The notes under the pieces: generated by a model
The model's input: only the letters and a program-made list of their open reading frames with translations
Databases searched by the model: none
Told to the model about the DNA's origin: nothing
From: Candidatus Latescibacterota bacterium
GTDB taxonomy: Bacteria > Latescibacterota > UBA2968 > UBA8231
Assembly (NCBI GenBank): GCA_965217585.1
Contig: OZ244561.1
Location: forward strand, 3,936,001-4,000,000
DNA: 64,000 nt
Direction of reading: 5' to 3'
Program-made: the position numbers and the translations under genes
In this document: in pieces, positions 8,608 to 18,304 of the stretch
Layout: each line of letters starts with the position of its first letter
How positions within the stretch are numbered: the first letter of the stretch is position 1

Positions 8608-9329
8608 TGGGCCGCAAGAAAGTGCTAATTACGGGTGCGGCCGGCCGCATCGGCGAGGTGTTGCGCCGAGGGCTAAGGGAGTGCTACGACCTGCGGCTTT
8701 TGTATCACCGCACGGTGCGGGAGGCCGCCGCGGGCGAAGAGGTTGCCTTGGGCAGCGTCGCCGATCTGGCCGCTATGGCCGCCGCGGTCACCGGCGTCGA
8801 TGCTGTAGTCCACCTCGCCGGCGATCCAGAGGTTAGTGCCACCTGGGAGTCGGTCCTCGAAAAGAACATCCAAGGCGTGTACTGCACGTATGAGGCCTGC
8901 AAAAACGCGGGCGTCAAGCGAGTCGTCTTCGCCAGCACCAATCACGTGACCGGCTTTTACGAGCAAGAAGGGATGTACACCACGCCGGAGATGCCCGTGC
9001 GGCCCGATAGCCTGTACGGGGCTAGTAAGGCATTTGGGGAAAGTCTGGGACGCTACTATGTGGATCGCTACGGGTTGGAGGTCGTATGCCTGCGCATCGG
9101 CTCGTTCCAGCCGGATTCGGCAGTCGTCGAGCGCCAAGGCGACCGAATTCTCTCTACTTGGCTGAGCCACCGCGACTGCGTCCAGCTCGTGCAGCGCTCC
9201 ATTGAGGCCGACGTGCGCTACGGAATCTACTACGGAATCTCGGGCAATACCCGCGCCTACTGGGATCTCCAAAACGCCCGCCAAGAACTAGGCTACGCCC
9301 CCCAAGACAACGCCGAGCACTTGGTCTAA
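8604..9329 (+). CDS. NAD-dependent epimerase/dehydratase, uronate dehydrogenase-like
   Basis: TGAAGRIG, FASTNH, YGASK, LRIGS and LSTWLSHRD motifs. Confidence 0.85.
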   Translation: MMGRKKVLITGAAGRIGEVLRRGLRECYDLRLLYHRTVREAAAGEEVALGSVADLAAMAAAVTGVDAVVHLAGDPEVSATWESVLEKNIQGVYCTYEACKNAGVKRVVFASTNHVTGFYEQEGMYTTPEMPVRPDSLYGASKAFGESLGRYYVDRYGLEVVCLRIGSFQPDSAVVERQGDRILSTWLSHRDCVQLVQRSIEADVRYGIYYGISGNTRAYWDLQNARQELGYAPQDNAEHLV

Positions 9330-9358
9330 GTGGATAGTGGATAGCATCTAACCGCTCA

Positions 9359-9526
9359 TCACTCATCACCCTTCTTCCTCAATCCCCGCCAAAAAGACCC
9401 CAGCAGCCGCAAACATATACGGCATACGTCCCGCAGGATATACAGCCCCAAGCAGACGCTAAAGAAGGCGGCGACTCGGTGATCGGCGGCTAGTTCGACA
9501 ATGCGGTCGAGCAGGGCGGGAATCAC
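9359..9526 (-). CDS. 55-aa small hydrophobic protein (MIPALLDRIVELAADHRVAAFFSVCLGLYILRDVCRICLRLLGSFWRGLRKKGDE)
   Basis: GTG start overlaps upstream TGA (GTGA coupling). Hydrophobic core and basic tail. Confidence 0.5.
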   Translation of the reverse strand: MIPALLDRIVELAADHRVAAFFSVCLGLYILRDVCRICLRLLGSFWRGLRKKGDE

Positions 9527-9705
9527 GTTGTATCCGCCTGCTCATAGCAGGGACAGGCGCGCACCGGTAGGCGGGGATACTTGTCCAAGCGCGGGTCGGT
9601 GGCAGCGCGGCGACACAGGTAGAACACCGAGCCGCGCCCAGACTCGACTGAGCGCACGTGGCGGCAGCGGGCGCACAATCCGATCTCAGGCGGCAATTCT
9701 ACCAA
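9523..9705 (-). CDS. Small Cys-rich putative metal-binding protein
   Basis: GLCARCRH...S.RGSVFYLC...DPRLDKYPRLPVRAC. Overlaps the purM end. Confidence 0.65.
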   Translation of the reverse strand: MVELPPEIGLCARCRHVRSVESGRGSVFYLCRRAATDPRLDKYPRLPVRACPCYEQADTT

Positions 9706-10736
9706 GCGAGCGCCCCCTGCAATGCAACCTCTTGCTCACCAGAGACGATTTCCCCGAGCCGATAGGCTCGGCAATCTTGGGCCGCTGAGTGGGCCAGCAC
9801 CTGTTCCACTGCCTCGGGCGCAACCACCAGCGCCATGCCCACACCCATATTAAACGTGCGCAGCATGTCCGCGTCCTCTAGGTCTCCGGCTGCGCGCAAG
9901 GTGCGGAAGACCGGCGGGATCTGTAGGGCTGCCAAGTCGAGCTGGGCGTTGAGGCCCGGCGGCAAGATGCGGCTGAGGTTGTCGCGGAGGCCGCCGCCGG
10001 TGATGTGGGCCATGCCGTGGAGGCCAGAGTCGGCGAAAAGACCGCGGACGGCATGCAAGTAGCAGGTATGGGGCTTGAGCACCGCTTCGAGGAAGGATTC
10101 GCCGACCACGTCTGCGGCGAGCAGATCGGGTTGCCGGTCTAGGAGGGCGCGGACCAAGGTGTAGCCATTGGTGTGCAGACCGTTGGAAGCGAGCGCCACA
10201 ACCTGATCGCCGGCCTCGATCGCCCGGCCGTCGATGATGCTGTCCTTATCGACGACGCCGATGACGCTGGCGGTCAGCACGTAGAGGCCGTCGGGAACCA
10301 CGCCGGGCTGCACCGAGGTCTCGCCGCCAGTCAAGGTGCAGCCCTGTTGGCGACAGGCGTCGGCCAAGGCGTCCACGAGGTCGTTGACGATGGCTCCCTC
10401 CATAGTGCCGCACACGATGACGTCTTGGATCGAAATCGGCTCGGCACCCATGACGATAATATCGTCGATGAGATGGTTGACCATGTCGTAGCAGACCCCG
10501 CGATGGCGGCCGTGGGCAAAGGCCAACTTCTGCTTGGACCCAGGCTCCTCGCTCTTGTGGACCAGCACCGGGTGTGCGTATCCAGGGAAGCGGGCGTCGA
10601 GCAGGGTGGCAAACGCGCCAATCCGGTTGAGCACGCGCGGATCCGCGGTTTCCATGCTCGCGGCCATGGCGCGCTTGGCCGCATCAGTCTGATCTATATC
10701 GACGCCCGCGCTGGCATAGGAGAGGCGTTGGCTCAT
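9699..10736 (-). CDS. purM: Phosphoribosylformylglycinamidine cyclo-ligase (AIR synthase)
   Basis: YASAGVDID, GGET, SNGLHTNGYTL, AHITGGGL and RTFNMGVG motifs. Confidence 0.93.
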   Translation of the reverse strand: MSQRLSYASAGVDIDQTDAAKRAMAASMETADPRVLNRIGAFATLLDARFPGYAHPVLVHKSEEPGSKQKLAFAHGRHRGVCYDMVNHLIDDIIVMGAEPISIQDVIVCGTMEGAIVNDLVDALADACRQQGCTLTGGETSVQPGVVPDGLYVLTASVIGVVDKDSIIDGRAIEAGDQVVALASNGLHTNGYTLVRALLDRQPDLLAADVVGESFLEAVLKPHTCYLHAVRGLFADSGLHGMAHITGGGLRDNLSRILPPGLNAQLDLAALQIPPVFRTLRAAGDLEDADMLRTFNMGVGMALVVAPEAVEQVLAHSAAQDCRAYRLGEIVSGEQEVALQGALAW

Positions 10737-11905
10737 GAAGTTCCTTTCTGTTCCATCAGCTCGGGGATCAACTCGACGCCCAACCCCGGCCCAGGCGGAG
10801 CGTGCAGACAACCCTGATGATAGGCCAAGCGCGGTGTGACAACATCGCTCGCCAACAAGCCCGGGCCGACCAAATCCGATGGCGCGCAAACGGCTTTAGT
10901 GGCCACGCCGAGATGCACGGCCGCGGCCGTGCCAATGCCGAGTTCGACCGTGCTGCCGAGCAGGACGGGTACGCCAGCGGCCGCGGCGAGCTGGCTCAGC
11001 CGTTGGGCGCGGTGCAGGCTGCCGGCCTGAACAGGCGCGACGTTGAAGGCATCCACCGCCCGGTGGTGCAAGAGGGCGAAAGCAAACGAGTCGTCAAAGT
11101 CGGCGACATGTTCGATGAGGGCCGCGGGCACGGCCGCGCGCACCCTCGCCAAGGCCAAGGCCGCGGCGTCCGGGTCGGCATTGACCTGTTCGGGGTGGTC
11201 CTTGGCCACTTTGCGCGCAACGCATTGGATCGGCGTCTCAACCGCATCTACGCCCAGCGCGGCCAGTTCGCGGATCCGCTCAATGGCCTCTTCTTCTTCC
11301 CACGCGCCCGAAGCATCGGCCTTGAGGTACGCATCCGGACCGACAATCCGGCGGCAGACGCGGACGCGCTCGCAGTCGAGGTCAAAGTCGGCCCCCACCT
11401 TGAGCTTGAAGGCCCTAAAGCCCGCGGCGACTTTTTCCTGAATTTCTTCTGCCATCTCATCTGCACTGCGGATGTACGCGACCCAGGAGATGGGTAGCGC
11501 GTCCCGGTACTGGCCGCCTAAAAGCGCGTGGGCCGGGGCGTTGTAATACTTGCCCGCGAGGTCGATCAGGGCCATTTCCACGGCTGCACAGACGAGCCGG
11601 CGGAATTCCGGGTGGTCGCTAGCGGGCAGCGCCTCGGCGACGCGCTCCCAAGCGACGAGGCGTTTGCGCGGATCAGCACCGACCAGTAAGGGCGTCAGGG
11701 TGTCGCACAGGGCCGCCGGCGACGGCGCTTGCCACGTATCCTCTAGGTCCGAGATTTCGCCGAGCCCGCGTAGGCCGGTATTGGTCTCGATTTCCAGCAC
11801 GTAGTAGCGCGAGGCATTCTTGCTGTGGCCGCCCGTGGGGGCTACGTGGGTGTGGTACACGCGGGCTACGGCGACCGAGTAAACGCGGATGTGGCAGATG
11901 TGCAT
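10733..11905 (-). CDS. Mandelate racemase / muconate cycloisomerase family enolase-superfamily enzyme
   Basis: GLGEIS, AVEMALIDLAGK, LLGG, FKLKVG and GPGLGVE motifs. Confidence 0.85.
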   Translation of the reverse strand: MHICHIRVYSVAVARVYHTHVAPTGGHSKNASRYYVLEIETNTGLRGLGEISDLEDTWQAPSPAALCDTLTPLLVGADPRKRLVAWERVAEALPASDHPEFRRLVCAAVEMALIDLAGKYYNAPAHALLGGQYRDALPISWVAYIRSADEMAEEIQEKVAAGFRAFKLKVGADFDLDCERVRVCRRIVGPDAYLKADASGAWEEEEAIERIRELAALGVDAVETPIQCVARKVAKDHPEQVNADPDAAALALARVRAAVPAALIEHVADFDDSFAFALLHHRAVDAFNVAPVQAGSLHRAQRLSQLAAAAGVPVLLGSTVELGIGTAAAVHLGVATKAVCAPSDLVGPGLLASDVVTPRLAYHQGCLHAPPGPGLGVELIPELMEQKGTS

Positions 11906-11998
11906 AAGGCGACTCGGGAAAGGTGAATGGCCGGATTGTACGGCTGGCCCTCGGCGGAGTCAACCGTATATTATTGACCATTTTAACAGGAGTGCCGG

Positions 11999-12721
11999 AT
12001 GACGGCCACCGAAGAAATCCTCGTGCTGAGCGCGACGGCCTTTGAGCAGCTTGCCCTCAGGGAGGCCGTGGCCGAGCGCGTGCAGCGCAAAGTCGCCGAG
12101 CGCGAATGGGTGAGCGGGAAAATTGGCACTCAGCCGGTGACCTTGGTAGCAACCGGGATCGGCGCGGTGAACACAGCGCATGCGCTCACCTGCTACTTGC
12201 AGGGGCAGCGGCCGCGGCGGGTCGTCCAGATCGGCGTGGGCGGGGCGTATCCACAGAGCGGCGCAAGCGTCGGGGACTTGGCCTTGGCCAGCGCGGAATA
12301 CTATGGGGATCTGGGGGTGCGGACGCCGGATGGCTGGCAGGGGGGAGAGCTGATTGGCATTCCGGTGCTGGAGAAAGAACGCTCTTATTACAATTGCTTT
12401 CCCATCGACGAGCAGTGGGTGCAGCGGGCGGCAGCGGTTTTGCCGGAAGCCTATATCGGCCCCTTCGTCACCGTGCAGGAATGCACGGGCACCGACGAAT
12501 TGGGGGTGGAAAGAGGGCGGCGCTTTGGGGCCTTGTGCGAGAACATGGAAGGGGCGGCCGCCGCACACATATGTGCCCTGTACGGGGTGCCTTTTGCCGA
12601 ACTGCGCGCCATGAGCAACATCGTCGAGCAGCGGGCGCGGGAGCAATGGGATTTGCCGCGAGCTGCCGCTAGGGCGCAAGCTGCGGCTCAGAAGCTCTTG
12701 GAGGAGGGACTATGCGCGTGA
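11999..12721 (+). CDS. mqnB: Futalosine hydrolase
   Basis: PNP/UDP phosphorylase fold (TGIGAVN, ENMEGAA, ELRAMSN.V). Coupled to mqnD. Confidence 0.85.
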   Translation: MTATEEILVLSATAFEQLALREAVAERVQRKVAEREWVSGKIGTQPVTLVATGIGAVNTAHALTCYLQGQRPRRVVQIGVGGAYPQSGASVGDLALASAEYYGDLGVRTPDGWQGGELIGIPVLEKERSYYNCFPIDEQWVQRAAAVLPEAYIGPFVTVQECTGTDELGVERGRRFGALCENMEGAAAAHICALYGVPFAELRAMSNIVEQRAREQWDLPRAAARAQAAAQKLLEEGLCA

Positions 12722-13539
12722 CCTTGGGCTATTCGCCCTGTCCCAACGATACGTTTGTCTTTTGCGGCTTGGTCCATGGGCATATCGCCGGCGCACCGGT
12801 ATGCGAGGAGGTGCTAGCGGACATTGAGACGCTCAATGAGATGGCGCTACGGGGGCAACTCGACGCGACCAAAATATCCTTCCACGCGCTGGCGCACTTG
12901 CGGGAGCAGTACTGCCTTCTGCACTCGGGTGGTGCCTTGGGGAGGGGGTGCGGGCCGCTGTTGGTAGCGCGGGAGCGGCTGACGCGGGAAGACCTCAAGC
13001 ACAAGCGGATCGCCATCCCCGGGCGACTGACCACCGCAGCCCTGCTGCTGAGGCTCTTTGACCCCAGCATTGAGCAGCTAGCGGTCATGCCGTTCGACCA
13101 GATCGTGGACGCGACCGCGCAAGGTGTAGTCGATGCGGGCGTCATCATCCACGAGAGCCGCTTCACCTATGCCCAACACGGGCTAGCAGCAATCATCGAC
13201 CTTGGCCAGTGGTGGGAGGAAAGCACCGGGCATCCGATTCCCCTCGGCGGCATCCTCGCGCGGCGCAGCCTCGGGGCCGAACTCATTGGCCGACTCGATC
13301 GCGCGCTCGTGCAGAGTGTGGAGTACGCCTATGCCCATCCGGACGCGGTGCGGGGCTACATCCGCCAGCACGCCCAAGAGATGGACGACAGCGTCATGCA
13401 GGCGCACATCGACCTGTACGTCAATCAGCACACGCTCGACTACGGAGCCGACGGCGAGGCCGCCATATTCGACCTGATCGAGCGGGCCGAGCGGGCCGGC
13501 ATCGCGCCCAAGTCCGAGGCCCCGCTCTTTATCTCTTAA
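12712..13539 (+). CDS. mqnD: 1,4-dihydroxy-6-naphthoate synthase
   Basis: GYSPCPNDTF, GGALGRGCGPLL, IIHESRFTY and HIDLYVN motifs. Confidence 0.95.
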   Translation: MRVTLGYSPCPNDTFVFCGLVHGHIAGAPVCEEVLADIETLNEMALRGQLDATKISFHALAHLREQYCLLHSGGALGRGCGPLLVARERLTREDLKHKRIAIPGRLTTAALLLRLFDPSIEQLAVMPFDQIVDATAQGVVDAGVIIHESRFTYAQHGLAAIIDLGQWWEESTGHPIPLGGILARRSLGAELIGRLDRALVQSVEYAYAHPDAVRGYIRQHAQEMDDSVMQAHIDLYVNQHTLDYGADGEAAIFDLIERAERAGIAPKSEAPLFIS

Positions 13540-13561
13540 CAATCATCAGGGAGTAATACGT

Positions 13562-14584
13562 GTGAAACTAGTGCAATTCATCGAGCCGGGCGACGGCATG
13601 CGCTTGGGCCTCGTCGCCGGTGACGAGGTCTTAGACCTGACGAGCGCAGAACAGGGACCGCGCACCGTGCATCAACTCTACTACGACGGCGGTGGCGACG
13701 AGATCGGGCTGGTGGCTGCCGCTCAGAACCTGCAAAAACAGGCTACGCGCCGCTTGCCGTTAGACGCGCTGTTGGCCAACCGCAGCACCCGCGACCCGTA
13801 CCTCACCAAGCCAGTCAGCGGCCCGCCCGGCCATCCCCACGCCCTGCGCGTGTGGCTAGCCGGAGTCACTCACCAAGTCAGCGCCAAATTGCGCGAAATT
13901 GAGGCCCAGCAGGCCACTGGCGAGGCGGTCAACGTGTACGACCAGAAATACCGCGAAGTGTCTGGCGGCGGCCGACCCGAGCTGTTCGCCAAGGGCGAGC
14001 CGGACGCCGTCGTCGGGCACGGCCAGCCCATCACCCGACCCGGCGATACCCAGCGCTTGGTACCCGAGACCGAGCTGGTGTCGGTCTATGGCTTGACGCG
14101 CCAGGGCCGCTTAGAGAGACTGGGCTACACCGGCGGCAACGACGCCACCGACAATGGCATTGAGGCCGCCAATCCCCTCAACTTGCCCCAAGCCAAAAAC
14201 TGGGCCGGTGGGTGTGCTTCCCTAGGGCCGGTGTTAGTCACGGCCGACGAGTACGACGACGCCGAGGTCGAGGTCTCGTGCCGCATCCTGCGCGATGGAC
14301 AATCCATAGCCTACAAAAAGGGCTCGACCGGCCAGAACAACCTGAACATGCCCGGGCAGCTCCTGCACTTAGAGCGCCACCTTTTCAGGCGGCTGCCCCT
14401 AGCCCCGCGCACTTTAATGGCGTTTTATTGGGGGACGCCCATCGTCTTTGCCGAGGCGGACTTGGCGACGGGGCTTTTGGATGGGGACGTGATGCAGTTG
14501 GAGTTTTCCGGCGGGATCGGGGTTTTGGAAAATCCAGTGGTGCCGCTCGAAGAGACAACGCAACTACAGGGGTTAGGAGGATAG
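13562..14584 (+). CDS. Fumarylacetoacetate hydrolase family protein (2-keto-3-deoxy sugar-acid dehydratase-like)
   Basis: VWLAGVT, RPELFAK, VPETEL, GYTGGND and EAANPLNLPQAK motifs. Confidence 0.75.
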   Translation: MKLVQFIEPGDGMRLGLVAGDEVLDLTSAEQGPRTVHQLYYDGGGDEIGLVAAAQNLQKQATRRLPLDALLANRSTRDPYLTKPVSGPPGHPHALRVWLAGVTHQVSAKLREIEAQQATGEAVNVYDQKYREVSGGGRPELFAKGEPDAVVGHGQPITRPGDTQRLVPETELVSVYGLTRQGRLERLGYTGGNDATDNGIEAANPLNLPQAKNWAGGCASLGPVLVTADEYDDAEVEVSCRILRDGQSIAYKKGSTGQNNLNMPGQLLHLERHLFRRLPLAPRTLMAFYWGTPIVFAEADLATGLLDGDVMQLEFSGGIGVLENPVVPLEETTQLQGLGG

Positions 14585-14586
14585 CG

Positions 14587-15183
14587 TTAGTTCTCCACTC
14601 TTTCGAACAGATCCAAGTGCTCGCCTATGCCAACGAGTTTTCCATGTAGATGCCGAACGTCAACGACCGCCCCAAAGCGAATGAATATCTTTTTAAAGTG
14701 CTCGTACTGCGGGCCCCAATAGACCATCGCGCAGGACATTGGAGCACCCTTGCCACCGTCCCTCCCATTTACGAGGAAGCGCAGCCGAGTGTCGTAGAGA
14801 AACGCGACCGCAGTGGCAGCGCCGAACACGTATTGTTTCCAGTGGCGAGTATTCGTAGCGACAGGCACAAGGGCGAGCACCTCAACACCATGTTGTACGT
14901 GAGCCTCGGTGCATTTTCGGAGCCAATCTCGAATCGTGGTGCCTCTCTCGCGGTCTCTGCCGTATGGAGGATTGACGAAGATGGTGGGATAATTCCACGA
15001 TGCCGATAATCCGTCAATCTCAGGCAGAGAGTACTCTACAGTCGCCCCCACGATAGAATGGCGATTGGAGCATGGGTCCAGCGCGACTGATTCGGCGAAA
15101 AACTCTCGTATTGCGTTAACGTACTTTAGCGGAGTGCACCAATGTTGGCTTAGCACCTCGGCATTGTTACGTCCTGCAGTCAT
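14587..15183 (-). CDS. Orphan DNA N6-adenine methyltransferase (phage Dam-like family)
   Basis: W.TP, LDPCS, DGL..SW and FVNPPYG motifs. AGGAGG RBS. Lower GC than flanks. Confidence 0.8.
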   Translation of the reverse strand: MTAGRNNAEVLSQHWCTPLKYVNAIREFFAESVALDPCSNRHSIVGATVEYSLPEIDGLSASWNYPTIFVNPPYGRDRERGTTIRDWLRKCTEAHVQHGVEVLALVPVATNTRHWKQYVFGAATAVAFLYDTRLRFLVNGRDGGKGAPMSCAMVYWGPQYEHFKKIFIRFGAVVDVRHLHGKLVGIGEHLDLFERVEN

Positions 15184-15320
15184 GCCTAGTCTTCCTCCTA
15201 CCAGCTTTTTGCAGCGAGTTTCCGCAGATCAGTCTGTAGATTCTCAATCGTACCGTCACGGGGAGATATGATTTAAGCCACGGCTTGTCCTCGTCGTCTG
15301 CCCAGGCGCAACGTGCTCAC

Positions 15321-16805
15321 CTAACGGCGATACTGGTCGAGCGCCCCTCGCCTCGGATCGAAGGTCGTAGCGTGGTTCCACGAGGCGTCGTGCTTGTACA
15401 TCACATCCCGGATTAGGCGGCGGCGGTAGAGGCTGTCGAGGTTGTCGGCGGCCATTTTATCGGGGTCGAAGCGGTCGAGGATCAGCTCGCGCAAGCGCGT
15501 TTCAGTTGCGGCGTGCTCGGCTGTACCGGCGAGGTTGTTCCACTCGCCGGGATCGCTCTCCAAGTCAAAAAGCTGCGGCTGGTGGCCGTGGATGTAATTG
15601 TATTTGAATCGGCCTTGGCGAGCCATGATACAGGGCGCGCCCACCGCCTCGTGGGCTTGGGCGAAGATGTGGCGGTCGGCGCTGCGGCCCTCAATAATCG
15701 GCAGGAGGCTGGTGCCATCGTGGGGCAAGCTCGCCTCTGTACCGGCTAGCTCGCAAAAAGTCGGCAGCAGGTCGAGAAGCGATGTCGGCGTCTCGACGGT
15801 GGTGCCTGCCTGCCACTGGTCGGGGAAGCGGACGATGAGGGGGACGCGACAAGACCACTCGTAAAAACAGCGCTTCTGCACCATCTCCTTTTCGCACAGC
15901 ATGTCGCCGTGGTCGGAGGTAAAGACCACAACCGTATTGTCGAGCAGACCCGTTCCCTCCAGCGTCTCCAGTAAGCCGCCAACCTTGTCGTCGAGGTACG
16001 TCACCAAGCCATAGTACGCGCGGCGCAAGCGGCGCAGGCTCTCGGGATCGCGCAAGTTGAAGCGGCGGGTGCCGTGGTAGGCGTTGAGCCAGCGATCCAT
16101 CGCCGAGTAGGTCTCATCGAGGTGGTCAGGAAATTCGGGGATGGCAATTTCGGCGGCTGCGTAGCGGTCCCAGTACGCCTGCGGCGGGTGAAACGGCTCG
16201 TGCGGGTGGTGGAAGGAGGCACAGAGCAAGAAGGGGGTATCGCCGCGTTGGGCGCGCAGGTATTCAACGGCGCGGAATTGCGTCTCTTCGTCGTAGCTGA
16301 GGGCGTTGTGCCAGAAGTTGACCCGTACGGCTTGGCCGGTGTAGCCACCGGCGTTGTATGTGGGTCGGTCGCTCATGACCTCTTCGTAATGGTCCCCCTT
16401 GGTCTCCTTGATGCGGATCCACTCTTCCTTTACCCAAGAAAAGTCGGGCGGATAGATATCGGTCGTCAGCCGGCGGTGGAAGCCGTGTACCTGGTCGGGG
16501 CCGACGAAGTGCATCTTGCCCGAAAGCACGGTGTCGTAGCCAGCGTTGCTGAGGTAGTGGGCGTATGATGGCACATCCGCGGGCAAGAGCGCGCCGTTGT
16601 CCCAGGCACCGATCTCGGATGCGTGACGTCCACTGGTGATGCAGGCGCGGCCCGGAGCGCACATATAGGCCGAGTCAAAGCGGACGCCTTCGGCAGCGAG
16701 GCGATTCAAGTGCGGCGTTTGGACGACTGGATGGCCGTAGGCACCGGTCAGGGCGGCAATGAGCTGATCGGAGATGACGAAGAGGATATTGGGGCGGTCG
16801 GACAT
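15321..16805 (-). CDS. Sulfatase (choline-sulfatase-like)
   Basis: RPNILFVISDQ, CAPGR formylglycine motif, SGKMHFVGPDQ.HGF and FTSDHGDM. Confidence 0.88.
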   Translation of the reverse strand: MSDRPNILFVISDQLIAALTGAYGHPVVQTPHLNRLAAEGVRFDSAYMCAPGRACITSGRHASEIGAWDNGALLPADVPSYAHYLSNAGYDTVLSGKMHFVGPDQVHGFHRRLTTDIYPPDFSWVKEEWIRIKETKGDHYEEVMSDRPTYNAGGYTGQAVRVNFWHNALSYDEETQFRAVEYLRAQRGDTPFLLCASFHHPHEPFHPPQAYWDRYAAAEIAIPEFPDHLDETYSAMDRWLNAYHGTRRFNLRDPESLRRLRRAYYGLVTYLDDKVGGLLETLEGTGLLDNTVVVFTSDHGDMLCEKEMVQKRCFYEWSCRVPLIVRFPDQWQAGTTVETPTSLLDLLPTFCELAGTEASLPHDGTSLLPIIEGRSADRHIFAQAHEAVGAPCIMARQGRFKYNYIHGHQPQLFDLESDPGEWNNLAGTAEHAATETRLRELILDRFDPDKMAADNLDSLYRRRLIRDVMYKHDASWNHATTFDPRRGALDQYRR

Positions 16806-16947
16806 GGTTTAGCTCCAGCTAAAATGGGAAAGGACTTTCCTTTGCGAAGGTGCAGAGGCCCTATACTTACGTTCTAAACAAGACCGAGTTTCCGGCGAAG
16901 CTCCTCTGTACGGCTAGGGCTCGCACGCTCCGGTTTATTCCTGCACT

Positions 16948-17073
16948 CTACAGGGTCTTTGGGACGGGGAGAGGCTTCAGACGGTGGGCTAAGCCGAAGA
17001 CATGGCCGTCGATGCGGACGGTGTAGTATCCTTCCATGTGCTCATTGGGAACGACAGCGAGGCGCTTGGTCAT
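16948..17073 (-). CDS. 41-aa small protein coupled to HNH gene (MTKRLAVVPNEHMEGYYTVRIDGHVFGLAHRLKPLPVPKTL)
   Basis: GGAGGA RBS. ATGA overlap with the HNH stop codon. Confidence 0.45.
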   Translation of the reverse strand: MTKRLAVVPNEHMEGYYTVRIDGHVFGLAHRLKPLPVPKTL

Positions 17074-17723
17074 CTCTTCCTCCATAGGTTTGCCCATTGC
17101 GCTTTGCGTCGGGACATGCTTTGGGTATGGGGCGATGAGGAAGGCGCGGGCGTCTGGAACTTTTCCGGGTCTATGGGCGGTTGGGCCGGCGTCCTCTCCC
17201 GCTGCGGTAAGTAGGAGGCGTATTTTTTTCTAAACTCAATGTCGGTCATCGTGCCTTTGGCTTGGTTGCAATGGCAGCAGGCTAACTGGCAGTTTCGGAT
17301 GTGGTCCGAGCCACCTAGGGCCTTCGGAATCATATGCTCGATTTGGAGTTCGTCGTACTGGTACACGTTACCGCAATAAACACACTTGCCTTGCTGCTTG
17401 TCGAACAACAGGCGTTTGTCCTCGGCCTTCGGGTCATCTTCCAGTAAAGCGGCGCGTTCGTCGAAGGTGTCGGCCCTGACCGGGTCGTACCTGCGGGTCT
17501 TCTGCTTGTCTTCCGCCGATTTCGGCTTTTTCTTGCACGCCGCGTTGGCTTTCTTGTTGCACTCGATGCAGAAAGGATACTTTGTGTCTTTGTACACGCC
17601 GCATTGTGGGCATTCGTTAATAGCGCCTTTCCGTTTTCTCCACCAGTGTTCACGGCACAAGTAATGGCCTTCCTGTACTTCCTCGTTGCAGGATTGCTCT
17701 TTGCAGATGTTCGGTCTCGTCAT
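17070..17723 (-). CDS. HNH endonuclease with N-terminal Cys-rich zinc-finger region
   Basis: CVYCG...IEHMIPKALGG...NCQLACCHCNQAKG. N-terminal C..C/C..H clusters. Confidence 0.85.
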   Translation of the reverse strand: MTRPNICKEQSCNEEVQEGHYLCREHWWRKRKGAINECPQCGVYKDTKYPFCIECNKKANAACKKKPKSAEDKQKTRRYDPVRADTFDERAALLEDDPKAEDKRLLFDKQQGKCVYCGNVYQYDELQIEHMIPKALGGSDHIRNCQLACCHCNQAKGTMTDIEFRKKYASYLPQRERTPAQPPIDPEKFQTPAPSSSPHTQSMSRRKAQWANLWRKR

Positions 17724-17802
17724 GGGGATTTTGTCTTTTTTATGATTTAACAGATAGGCTTCCCGCCAGCGTCACGGACGCGAGTTTCGTTATAGGAGAA
17801 TC

Positions 17803-18294
17803 TCATCCCCTCCAGCCAGTCGTGAAGTTTAGCTGCCGGGTGAAGGCGAACGCGTCACAGCAATGTACATTAAGGTTGCCGCACACATCGGGAATATGTC
17901 GGTTTGCCCGTTGCATACTCGGTTTGGACACTTCGGTTGTGACGATGCACCGTCGTTTTGTGTCGGCGAGGGCATACGCAATGAGAAACGGGTCGCTGCC
18001 GAGTTTCATGATCTCTGCGTCGTCCAGATCTGGCGCGTAGCCTTTGTTGACCACACGCCTTACGAGTTCTGCCTGAACGGATTCGTCGAGCACCAAGGTG
18101 TCCTTGTTGGCTTTCGACCACTCCGTAAGTCCGTCATTGCCTTTGGCGACCTCCTCATATATCTCCTGCGGAACCTTGGCCTGTTGGCTCCTACAGACAT
18201 GGAGGAGCCAATCCCAGAACTCTGGAACTCGCTCAATAGGATAGTAATCGCGGTTCGCATCAATAAGGACATTAGCGTCGAGCAAATAGAGCAT
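17803..18294 (-). CDS. DUF4411 family PIN-like protein
   Basis: YLLDANVLI, FWDWL, DPFLIAYA, IVTTE and IPDVC motifs. Confidence 0.85.
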   Translation of the reverse strand: MLYLLDANVLIDANRDYYPIERVPEFWDWLLHVCRSQQAKVPQEIYEEVAKGNDGLTEWSKANKDTLVLDESVQAELVRRVVNKGYAPDLDDAEIMKLGSDPFLIAYALADTKRRCIVTTEVSKPSMQRANRHIPDVCGNLNVHCCDAFAFTRQLNFTTGWRG

Positions 18295-18304
18295 GCGCCG
18301 ACAC

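Noticed and set aside
16880-17010. Possible structured ncRNA (6S-like long hairpin) after a TATACT box
   Set aside because: Pairing is imperfect, the -35 spacing is poor, and most of the region is explained by a coupled minus-strand micro-ORF.
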